Source: Amphiscolops sp. MND2022 (taxonomy: Eukaryota). From it: a stretch of DNA of 60,000 nucleotides. The stretch is from positions 98,334,001 through 98,394,000 of the forward strand of contig OZ076409.1 of NCBI GenBank assembly GCA_964187785.1, given 5' to 3'. Positions 1-12,300 of this stretch are shown piece by piece. Numbering within the stretch: position 1 is the first letter of the stretch; every line of letters begins with the position of its first letter. The translations under genes were made by a program, and so were the position numbers. The notes under the pieces are model-generated. The model ran no database searches, was not told the DNA's origin, and saw nothing but the letters and a program-made list of their open reading frames with translations.

Positions 1-1962
1 ATCAATTTCACCCTCCTCTATTGGCATGGGGGCATAGTGTTTGCGCCCGTTGTGGCTGATGGTGGTCCGGGTAGGTCTTGTTGGTGTTGGGCCGGAGTGG
101 GTCTATCTATTTCCCAGAATGGATCTACGGTCCATTGCTCTGACCGTCCTGTCTGGGGTTGAAAGCCGCTGCTATGTTGGGGACCAATTCTTTGTCTTAA
201 GTCGCCTTGATGATGATTTGTTGTAATCTTTCCTCGATTACGCGCCTTTCGTTCCTTAAGAACTTTGGTTCGTGGTAATTCTTCCACTTCTCTCCGATCA
301 TACGGTAAATGCCGGGTTTCACAATTTCTTTCCAGCGTTGAATTTCAGCTGTGGTTTTAGCTGAAGAATCTACAGCTGCTTAATTCTCGATGGTTTTAAT
401 GTTCATTTTAGCGTCAATTTTTGCTGTTGCGTTACGTGTGAAAGTTGTGTTGTTAAGGCAATCAATGGCAATTTGTTTGCGCGTGTCTTGTAACCGCGGT
501 TTATTTTTTACTTTGCGTTCGTTTTGGTTGACGTGGTTGCTAAGGCAACCGTGTTTGGAGATGAACTTGTAGTGTGGTATAATGTTATTGATGACGTATC
601 CTTCGTCGAACGCTTCGTCTGTTTGCGGCAACGCTCACGGATTTCTGCTCAAGTAACCTGTGAGTGCTAAGTGTTTGATTGCGATAGGGTTTACGTTGAT
701 GGTGAAATGTGCTAACCGGTCCAACCATCTTGTTAACCGTGCGCTATACGTCCTAATGAATCAATTCCGTTTAATTAATAGTACCAGAGCTTCGTGATCC
801 CTGAGTAATTTATTCGGCTCACTGTAAATGTATAATCGGAAGTGTTTTAATTATCAAACTACAGCCAGTAGTTCGAGTTCATTTCTCGCGTATTACTTTT
901 CGGTATCCGAAAGGAATCGACTTGCGAAACCGATCGAATTTAACTTTCCATCTGGTTGTTCTTGCCAGAGCGTTGCACCGAGGCGTCTCGCACTGGCGTC
1001 GGTTATTACGTTTGGGTAGTTCAAGTTATAATGAGCCAGACACGGTATCTCCGTGAGTTTTCGCTTGAGATTTTCAAATGCTTGTGTATGTTCTCCCGTC
1101 CATAACAAGTCAGTCTTTCTTTAAGAGCTGTCTTAGAATGTCCGTTTGTGCGGAAAGATTATCTATGTATTTGGACAGATATTGGATGACCCCAAGAATG
1201 ACTTGAGTTTTTTCGTTGTTGGGTTGTTTCAGATTTTTTATTGCCATCAGCTTGTCTAATTCTGTTTTGGTCTATTTTATGACCGATCCATTCGATCTCC
1301 GTTTTTAAAAATTCGAATTTGTTTTTGCTGAGTCTGTATCCAGCGTTTTCTAGTCGAGTTAACACTTCTATTAACTCCTTCTTGTGTTGTTCTTTTGAGT
1401 CTTTGGTTACGATGATGATACCATCTAACCACGCTGGGTGTTTTTTCCAGCGTCTGGTCAATTTTTCCTGAAAGATGGTCGGTATGTCCGTTATCCCGTA
1501 GAAACCCTTCAGGAACCGATAATAAACGGTGAAGTCACCGCCGGTTACGGCAAAAATGCATAGGTTTCGGGCGTCTCTGGATAATAGTAACTGGCCATAT
1601 GCGTAATCCAGGTCAAGTTTTGAAGTCCAAATTTCGTCTCCTGGACCATCCGCAATTTTTCTTGGAAATAAATTTCTGGAATTTAATTCCTCCATGTTGG
1701 GCATTTGTGCTTTTCCCCTTATGGTGATTTCATTGAGTTTTCGTGAGTTGAGGGCGAATTTTACCGACTTGCCCTTCTTTACCGTATTTACGGCCGGACT
1801 AACAAAACCGTTTTCATCAATATTGTTTGCTTTTTTAATATGGCCTTGTTTCATGAGTTTGTTCATTTCTTTTCCGACCGATTGTTGTAAGTGTTGTATC
1901 GACTTTGCGTCTTCCTTTAATTGTACTTTTACTTCGAGTCCATTCACGGTGTGGTTTTCCAT
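1..1962 (-). pseudogene. Decayed Ty3/Gypsy LTR-retrotransposon pol (RT and RNase H fragments)
   Basis: ORF 1159-1962 has RT motifs (LDLDYAYGQ, FYG..DIPTIFQ, degenerate YxDD as WLDG, WIGHKID). ORF 893-1108 and downstream frames give RNase H motifs (ITDAS..LGATLWQ, FASRFL, ELELL, RLTRWLDRL). Several frameshifts and stops; no LTR identified. Confidence 0.88.
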
Positions 1963-3256
1963 TCAAGGCAGACTAATTAATTTCTGATTTCTGACTGAGT
2001 TCGTGTGTCCTCTACAGCCGTAAAAGCCGTCGTTCTGTTCCGCAGGTATTGAGAAAGCTCTCTTCAGTTTCAAAGGATCAAAAATTAACCAAAGGTTACC
2101 TCTAAGACTCGGCGGTCTTCGGTTTGAAAAAAAAAATAAAAAGTTGAATAGTACTAAAAAGTTGCATAGCACCAAATTCTCAGCCTGGACATACGAATTA
2201 ACCGCTAGAGCAAAAAGCCATTAAAAATTTAGTAATTATAGAAGTGGACGTAACAGGGACCCTGACGAAAACTTGCCACTGTGTCTTCTACTTTTCTACT
2301 GAAAAGCGCCGACAGTGTAAAAACGAGATTGCATTTGACTGCTTCCCGGGCTTCAAGGAGGAGTTATTTTGTTATCTGAATGAATGTCTTACTTATTTCG
2401 TAGAAATCTAACGTTGTGTCTGATTGTTCCTGATTCTCAAAGTAAAAAACACAAATTTCTTGGCCTCTTGTCTCTTACAGAAGCTAACGAGCGTTTGAAA
2501 AGGATTGAGGGAAAATTATATTTGTGAATGAAACGAACTAATTAAAATAATGTAATTGGTCTTTGGCATCGTAGATAATTTGTCGTCTATCCCCGCACCT
2601 AGCAGTTACATAACATTTAAGGATATGGTTGTTGACTGGTACATGCTTGGTCAATGTCTTCTGTTGTTATCAACTAACACGCAAGAAATAGATCACAGGA
2701 GATGGGGGAAAGGTCATTTGTGGGGGGGGGGGGGGGGTAGAGTTTACCTTGGAGGAGGGACAACGCGATAAAACAGTGTAACCAAGTGAGGAGAAGAATC
2801 CAGCATAGAATAAATTAAGTAGCCAGCAGCAAGCGTTGCAACGAAACAATGAATAGAGAATGGGCGGGGGGCAAAGACTATTTCCACAAATATCTGTCTG
2901 GGATAGGAGAGTACACACTCACATATGTGTTTCATTTATGATGTCATTCACTTCATTTATACTTCAAAACTGCTCACTTGAACTGACACCAATAGTCGAA
3001 GAGGTCTCTGTATTTACATCATCTCATAGCAATAACTGAATTCGATTTCCGGGGGGGGGGGGGGGTTGTGGCAAGGAGCAATTGCGACAATTCAACATTG
3101 AATGCATCTCAAGATGCGACGGGCGTCCATTGCTGTGGGAGTTGTACCTTTGCATCTATGGTCATGAGGTGACGTCATTGCCTGGTGGTGTTGGTTTCAT
3201 GACGTCATCAGGTGACGTCATCGTGTTGTGGTGGTGCTGGTGACGTCATCATCATA

Positions 3257-3399
3257 TCAGGTGAGTTTGGAGTAGGTGGGGGGACTGAAGCGTCTGCGGA
3301 GGAACTTCATGATGTAGATGGGCAGACAACTCACTAAGGTCAGCACCACTGTCTTCCACACAAAGTCCAGCGAAAAGATGAACTCACGGTTGAATGTGC
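3257..3399 (-). CDS. ATP9B: ATP9 exon 18 (terminal): [16 protein letters not shown]...[10 protein letters not shown]
   Basis: Acceptor ACAG before 3399, phase 1; TGA at 3259-3257; conserved ATP9 C-terminus. Not in the ORF track. Confidence 0.92.
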
Positions 3400-6300
3400 C
3401 TGTTGTCACAAACCAACCAACTTTCATCATGCACAAAATTTATAACCTTTTGACCAATTAAATTAACCTCGTTGAAAATTATCCTTCAAAATGAGATTTT
3501 GCCAAACAAAGACAAATGTTTTGACATTAATATCTGAACAAGAAAAGACTGAAGATTATCGTTCTACACAGATTTAGATCGAACTCTCCATTTCAATTTT
3601 GCTGGAAGAATTGCCAAGATAACTAGCTCCAAGATTAGTGACAATCAAAATTAGTCTCTTTTGAGTGAAAAATTGAAATTTCTCGTTCAACAACTCGGCA
3701 CTTTTTTCATTCAAAATGATTGTCTTCATAAGTACGGATAGAACTTTTTTAAGAGTTTATGCAGAAAATGAGGAGCTGTGCTGTCCCGTTTTGGTGTGAC
3801 TCACGTGGGGTGCGGAGGTTTGGTCTGAAAATCTTCATCAATTTTAATTAAGACAAGCTGAGACGTTTTTTAAATTATTATTATTATCAAGGATTTACGC
3901 ATGAGCGAAATGATTTCTCACAAAATGACACAGTCTAGAGTTCAGAGATGGGGATTCGAAGTCGACAAAAGTTACAAAGACAAATGAAAGTCCAGGTGCA
4001 GGTTGAATGGTTGTTAAAAATTTTATTCAAGTAAATCCACATGAGGTTCAGAATTCTTCCTTTTGGTCCTTCTGGTTGCCCGAAGCACACTTAATTCCAT
4101 ATCCAATTCGCACGATGACAGGTACGATAACATCGAGGCAGATTTTGAAAAGAAATGACTAAGATGTTGCATAAAAGTGACCCATTGAGAGTATTATATT
4201 AGGTAGTAAATGAGGTAGGTTGAGTGGGAGGGGGAGGGGGTCAATGATGATTTGATAGTGTATGCATCTATCTAGGATCAAAAAATTTTAAGGAAAATAT
4301 TGGAAAAATTTAAAAATAAACCAAAGCCGCATATGTGATAAAGGAGTCGGCTTAGGTCTTTTTCCTTCTGGCTCGCTCGAATCCCAGTCATACGAATTTA
4401 TTGAAATTACACACATGACTGTAGAAAATGACTGTAGAAATTTTTGTTCGAATCGTATGAACATTTTTAGCAAAAGTCAAAAAAGTCGAAAAATGGCTGT
4501 TTTTTGGCCATTTTTGGGTTAATTTAGGCTGTTTTTCACATCCCAGCAATACGAATTTGATGAAATTACACACACAAAGGACAATAATATGGTGTAGAAG
4601 GACTGTACAAAATTTCGTTCCAATCATATGGGCAGTTTTTGAGAAAATCGAAAAAAGTCGAAAAGTGACTGTTTTTTGGCCATTTTTGGGCTAAATTTGG
4701 CTATGTTTCTCACATCCCAACCATACGATTTTGATGCCTTCGCGCACGCAGGGGCCACTTTGGGTGTAGAATGACTGTGCAGAATTTTATGAAAATCGTA
4801 TGGACAGTTTTTGAGAAATTTGAAATTTTCATTGAAAGGTCGAAAGAAAAAAAACAGAAAAAAAAGTCACGATTGCATAAGTAGTCGAAAACTTTTTCCG
4901 ACTCCTAAAAATGAGAAATTTGAAAAATTAAAAATATGAAAAATGAACAAAAATGAATAAAAATTCAAAAAATGAAAAATTAAAATTAAAAATTTCAAAA
5001 AAATTAAAATGAAAAAATTGAAAAAATGAAAAGAAATATTTTAAAAGAGATAGTACCTTCTAGGAGGAATACAGAGGCGGTGTATGTGGAGAGGGAGATG
5101 AAGATGGAGAGGACCATGACGAAGTGCCAGGTCTGGATGGTGAGACAGACCATGATCAGCTCTGTGATGATGAGCGCCGTGAACGAGATGGCCACTATGT
5201 GCAGGAACTGCTCCTCGAACAGAATCAGCGACCCAAACATGATCACGCCCGCTGAAACAACACACAACTCACTTGCTGCATCGTGTGTATATGGATTGGA
5301 TGGTATCACGTCTATTAATCTCTCAAATTAGGGCATCGTGATTAGCTACGTTCATATACCGCCGGTAGTGCCCTGAATACGGGAGCGAAGCGACGTGCCA
5401 CTACTGGTCTAGCGGCTGGTTTTGACGAAGGCCGACCTGAAGCGTCCGAAAGGAGGAAGACCGAGTCAGACAACCATTTTTTTTGACTTTTTTAGATTTT
5501 CGTCTAGATTTTAACTTGGATTTTGACATGTAACAGCATATATACAATGATCAGAAGCGGGGTTTGTCACATTTTATAGGCAGGCACTTTTATTTCAAAA
5601 GCATAACATTCTAATTTATAAGATCAACGGGTTACGAACAATTTTAATGAAGAGCATCCAAACAAGATCTTAGAAGAAATTACATCCATTTTGAAGAACT
5701 CAGCTGAAGAATTGGATAATTTTGCAAAAATCATAAGTTATTGAAAGCCTTTCAACATACATACTTGCATATATACAAATATGTATTTTGAAGTGTCATC
5801 TTAGATATACTGACCAATAGTTCGTTCGATTAATGGACTAACCCTGGTATATGCTGACGAGCACCCAAATAAGGAAGGTTTTGAGGGTGAGGTAGCGGCC
5901 CTTGAGGAGCTCCTTGTACAGCTCTGGGTACATCATGGCTATCTCCGGGGAGACGTCCTGGTCGTATACTAGTGAGAAGACGGGAAACATCGTGTACACA
6001 GTGGCGTAGCTGGAACCAACAAACAATTCACTATTTCAAGGATAAACGAACACTTGCAAAATAGGCCCCTCCGGGCACACTATTATTTCTGCTTTAAACT
6101 TTCATTAACAATAGAATCATATCTGGAATACCAATACACTCCTGTATAATCCTTATTTAGCGCGCAAATAATCACTGTACCAGTTTATACCCCCTTTGAA
6201 TCTCGGACAAAAGCAAATATAACTACTAAGCGTAGACGAGGTTTCGCATTCGCATTTGAATGCAGGCGAAGCTCTCAACGAACGAATAATTAACACTCAT

Positions 6301-9300
6301 TCGCTTCATTTCAATAACTCGGGGCAACGAAAGCACAATTACGAACATTCGCTCGCTTCATCTCAATGACGTCAGCATACGAATGGATAATTACCACTCG
6401 CTCGTTCCATCGCACTAGAATTGAATTGTTGTCGGCAGCTTGACAAATTTAATTCCCACGCTTACAGTCACTGCCGAACAAAATATCTGAATTATTCAGT
6501 ATCACGACAAAAATTGTACTGAAGAAAAAAGTAGAATTCTTGAGATTTCAATAATATTCCTGCTATCGCAGAAACAATAAAAACCCCAGCGTTTTTTGAT
6601 TATTCTAATTCATGTAGTTGGATTTGCTTCCAAAATTCGGAGTGCACAAAATATAATTAGTTAGTTTATGCCCCGCGTAAAAAGTGACTCTTGTGATTCT
6701 TGGCAAGCTCCTCACAGATTCTCCACAATGTTGGCGGAATTCTTGCCAAGATTTTCAAGAACACAAAGAATATGTACAGTTTCGAATAGTAGCCAACTGC
6801 GGCCTGAGCAGTGTACTTTTTATGCTGCAATTGTTCACTCGAGTAACCAATCTATTAAAACCTCCTGAGTTTCAATACATTGTGTTGTTGAATGACAAAA
6901 GTTATAGTTTTTTACGAAAAATGTTTCAAACAGGTTTTTCAACGAAATTTACTGTTTTTTTGTACTTTATTTTTTTCTCTTGGGAAAACTATCGAGGAAA
7001 ACAATGTTTTATGCATAACTGTTTTTGATCTATTGCGAAATACTTCATGGTACAAAAGAGTAACAAATGACTATAAAGCATGGAAGTCATTCACTTCATT
7101 GAAGTTTTTCCAGATATCATCTTTCACACGAGATATTGATATTCTGATCTGGAAAAGGTTAAAAGTACCAAACAAATTGAACAGTCAGAAACTAGACCAT
7201 AAACAACTGTAAAGAAGTGTCAGAAAAAAACAGGAAAAACTTAAATTCATTCATTCATGTTTTTCTTCTTTTTATTCATGAATTAACAACCTTGATTCAG
7301 ATGCATTCATTCCCAACCCCAAAGCATACAGGATGGCGTGTTTGAAACAGATCGAAAAAAAAACATGTTCAAAATAAATACTTGTTTTTTCCCTTGGAAA
7401 CTAATGTCTAGACATTACTTGAACACCGTTTCATGTTTCAAATTTCACTTTAACTTTAATAACTTTAATAAATTCATCACTTCCATAATTTATCTTTTAA
7501 ACATGGCTTTTTAAACCCTAATTGACCTGGGCGTTTTTGCAACTTTTCAAAAAATCGGAACAAAAATTTGAAATCATTAATTCTCCACAAGTACGCGTAC
7601 CAAAGAAACGAACGATAGTGCGTTTGAAAAGTCTGGTATTGAGCTTTCATTGTGACAGTAACAACAGGATATTATTAGGGTATGTTGCACAAGGACTTGT
7701 TGTGGACGGGTGTGGGGTTGGTTTTTTTTTCTATTGACCAAAAACTTTTGAGAAAACTGGTTTTGCCAAAAACTGAATTTTGGAAAATTATAACCTTTTT
7801 TAGGCAAAACAAGCCGGGAACGGCCCAAGTCGGCGCCATATTTAAGGCTCAAAAAGACTCGAAAACCACTTTTTCTACAACTGGAGACAACAAAAGCTCT
7901 CAAAAAACTAAAAATTGAGAAAAAATTTCCGAATTTTTTTTTGAATTTTTTTCGAAGTTTCCGGTAAGTCGCATAGTGCCGAAAAATGCAAAAGGGGGAC
8001 GCCTTTTATCTCATGTTAGACGCTTTGGATGCGTTGAAAATGAAGTACTAAGTACATATGGTAAAAGTTGGTAAATGTGCATTAATTGCATTAATGCACA
8101 AAAAGTGGACGTTACACGTTGAACTGACGAAAAAAAACTAGCCACTGTAAGAGTCGGGATTTTCTTCGAAAACGCCGACTAAAAACACATTTTTCTCAGC
8201 TTTGGAGACTTCAATTTTCTAATGCTTGGGCCTTTCAAATCAATCTAGGTACCAATGAATTGGTGAAAAAAAATGGGCAAAAGGATATGGGCTACTGGCA
8301 GAAGGAATCCGAAAGTGAAAAATAGGTAAGCTGCTTTAAAGTACCGCTAGGTTCATTAGGGTTACGATTGTTTTAACATGTTAATTAAAAAACACAAATC
8401 GTTTGTTTTCCGTTTAAAACATGTGTTTTTGTGTTTTTCGGGAAAGAAGCGTTTAAAACACCCATCAGTTTGGAGCTCAATGATTAGTCATCCGATTATG
8501 TCATTACCAACAGCAAGTGTTGATAAAACTGCCAGAATTTCTCAGTTTACAGTCGAAGAAATTCTATGAATCAGCCCAAGACGAAACCATTTGGTTTTTT
8601 CGACATTTTCATTTCAGAAAAAGCTCTTTTAAGCCCAAAGGAATTTTTCGGCACTGAGATTTTTCAGAACTTTCATAGAAACAGCTTTGTAGCATATTTG
8701 AAAGACTGCAGTTTTAGAGTCACGATCCGGGCGTCGAATTGAAACTTTCATGCAGAACTTGAAAGAAGTCTTACAAGAGATCCCTTTGGGGTTTTCGGCA
8801 CTTTCAGACTTTCGGGAAAAGGGGTTTTTGATGCCTGGGAAAAACGTATTTAAGTCTCAAGGGTTCCTCATTGGGGTATTTTGAGCACTTTTGAGATTTT
8901 TTGTCAAGATTTTCCGTAATACTTGTTCTCAGAGTTTTGACATCGCTAGTTTCTTTAGCTGAAAAACTTTTACTTCAAACTATGAAATGCTTGAATTTAA
9001 TTATGTTTCAAAATCCAATGACAACTTAATTCAATTTTTGCACAGAAAAAAATACTAGAATTTCTCATACTACAGTAGTGAGTTTTACAAGTTTGAGAGT
9101 TGGAATTTTTCAAAATTCATTTTGAAACTCCGTGTGTTTTCCGAGGAAATATTGACTTGGGACAATTCAGTTGCCGTTATTTTGAATCGGTAATAGAATC
9201 GCTGAAAAAATTCCGCGCGGCCGCTAATTCGCTGATTAGCGGTGTCAAAAGTCTGCTTGTTCTCGAGCATATTTAAAAGACTGATTTTTGAGACTTAAGC

Positions 9301-12300
9301 GGGACGCCGAATTGGGCCGGACCGTTCTCTGCTTGTTTTGGGTATAAAATCACAATACAAAGATTGTATGAATTTCGCGGCTGATAGATAAACATTCAGC
9401 TATCTCATATATGAAATATGGGCGGAAATAACAACCAAGGTCAATCAATGCCCTGCCTCGCCGAGTAAATTTCCTCTGAGTATAGACGGAGTTTCGAAAT
9501 GAATTTCGAAAAGTTCCAACTCTCACACTTGTCAAACACACACAGAATGAGGAGTTTTAGTCTTTTTCTAGGAAATTATTTTAGAACATACTTGAAGTTA
9601 AGCATTTAGTAGTTAGCAGAAAAAGTTTTTAATTAGCGATGCCCGATCCTCCGTCGCCGAGTGGACTAACCCGACGATGAGAAATCGGTGGTATGAAAAA
9701 TCAACGCTTCTGATTGGCTCAGTGGGATTTTGATAAGAGCCAATAAAATGAAATATAAGGGGGGGGCTAGTGTAACGAGTCAAAAGGGGGCATAGTGAAA
9801 GACATCCGAATTTTCGATGGATTCCCAAATAACAAGAGCAAACAACATAAAAAAATTAGTTTCAAATAACATAAAACTGAAATGAGTTTCACTGAACACG
9901 GTAGTCAAATACTTTCACAATTCAAACGATTCACTGAAAAAGTATGAAAATTACCGAAAAAGTTTCGTGAGTTCGAATCCGTGGGTAATCGGTTTTATTT
10001 TTGTTATTTGAAACTCATTTCATTTTTATGTTAAATGGGACTAATTTTCTTATGTTATGTAATTTGCTCTTATGTTATTTGGTACGCAATCGAATTTTCG
10101 TGTGTTGAGTTCTGTGGTAACAATCACTACTAATGTGTCTCACTAACCCGACGATGAGGAATCCATTGTAGAGGGAGACGGCGGCGAAGTAGAAGCAGGC
10201 GGAGAAGATGGCCTGCATGACTGAGATGATGAGGCCCCTGTGCATCACGAACTGGGCCAGGGCGGCTGAGCGCTTGTAGCTGTTGCGCCCGTGCACCAGG
10301 AACAGGCGGCCGATGCTCTTGAACTGGGTCACCGAGAAGTCGGCCGCCAGCGAGGCCTGCTTGCCCTCCTTGCCCACGATGCCGATGCCCGCGTCGGCCG
10401 CCTGGATCATGCTCACGTCGTTGCCTCCGTCCCCGATGGCCGCACACCTGCGCAAAAAAAAATTCACTGGATGAAAACTCATAAGAGAGACTTTATTCTC
10501 TTTTCAGGGCCAAGAATAGTAATGAAGTACAAATTTTTTTTATAAATATATAAATGTTTTACATGAATATTAAAGACCACAACGCAAGCACAACGTTGAA
10601 TTAAATATAACCAGGTCCCAACCCGAAGATCGTGCAATGAACTTTATTGGCACAACCTGACACAGGCCTGCACCAAGGAAAGAACACTGACGCCGAGTTT
10701 AGTTGGGAAAGGCTTAACAGTAGTCTGTAGAAACTACAGTAGCATAAAAGACATTTGACCAAACTTTGACTAATTTACACCGTACGGAGTTGGTGAAATT
10801 CCAGTTTAATAACTTTGACTGTTTTACACCATTTACTAATTACGCGTTTTGACTAGAATTCACCGCGTCCATATTAGACTTTGCTGCACCACTACACTAA
10901 TGGAATACTACGGTCTTTGAAGAATTTACACTAATTGACTATTTTACCCAACATACTTTTTACACCAAGTAATCACTTTCCACTTTTGCGGGATATGCAT
11001 CGTAATGCAATTACTCACATTCAATCACAAGACGCCCGCTATGCACCGGGATATTTTCCGCCTTCAATTGGCTAACAATAGACACTTAATCGAAAATTTA
11101 CCTCCTCCTTGGTAAAACGCAATTTACTTCGGATATAACGTCAAAAGTTCGGATATAGCGCAATTTTTTCGAGCCTCGGCTTCCTCCGTAGAAAAACACA
11201 ATTAACTTCGGATATAACGTCAAAAGTTCGGATATAGCAAGCTGGGACAAATGGGAAAGCTTGTTTTCGAACCTCTGCCTCCTCTTAGTAAAACGCAATA
11301 TCAAATTTAAAATGGAGTAAAAAAAATGGCAGAATTTGGAGAAAAACGCAACACGGATAATAATTTTCCTCCCCCTACACAAATTTTACAAACGTGCAAG
11401 ACGGAACCAACTTCTTCGAGCAAATTACATCAAAAGGGGAAGTTTTGCTGGTAATTCAAACAGGAAAAGGTCAACTGTATTTCGTTGAAATGAAGGTTAA
11501 GGAATCATTCAAGCGTCAATATACAAAATACTCCATTATCAAATTCAACCAGAGCCGCATGTGCGGTAAAAGAGTCCGATTAGGGCCTTTTCCTTCTGAC
11601 TCGCTCGAATCCCAGTCATACGATTTTGATGAAATTGCATATACTAAGCCCTTATATGGTGTAGAAAGACTCCATGAAAATTCTTTCAAATCGTAAAGAG
11701 TATTCGAGAAAATCGGAAAAAAATGACCAATTTTTGGACTAATTTTGACTTTGTTTTCCAAATTTCAGTCATAGGATTTTGATGCCATTGCACACATAGG
11801 ACCGTAATATGGTGTAGAATGACAATAGAAAATTTCAATCGAATCGTATAGACAATTTTTTGAGAATTTCAAATTTTCGTAGAAAGGTTGGGAGAAAAAC
11901 GTACGAGTGCATAAGTAGTCGAACATTTTTTGCGACTCCAAAAAATGATCTCAGGGCGGTGGTCCGAAATACAGTAAACCCTCGATTATCCGCCATCTTT
12001 GGTCAACCGCCACAAATCTACGGAAACATTTTGCTACACAGAGGCGAAGCGGTGCTTCGCAACACATGACGAAGACATTATTTTAATATGCGTATATATA
12101 TTATTTTAATCGCATGCGTATATATTCAACAGTTCAACTTTGTTCAATAACGTCCCTATGGCACAGTGGTCAACGCTTATGCCGTGCAATCGGGAGGCTG
12201 CAGGTTCGAATCTCTCAGGGGTTTTGGCTTTTGTCTAAAAGGCGCTCATTATGAAGTTGACTATTGTGGAAAAAAAACTTTCTTAGCTGGACTGCAATGC

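Noticed and set aside
5437..5468. Hammerhead-ribozyme-like string CTGAAGC-GTCCGAAAGGAG-GAAG
   Set aside because: Three deviations at near-invariant core positions (A9, the stem II closing pair, A15.1) and no convincing stem I. More likely a hairpin within a repeat end; an Infernal search would settle it.
12150..12225. Functional tRNA genes here and at 22200-22275, 21320-21390 and 26096-26138
   Set aside because: Acceptor and anticodon stems pair poorly or half the cloverleaf is missing, and all lie inside dispersed repeats.
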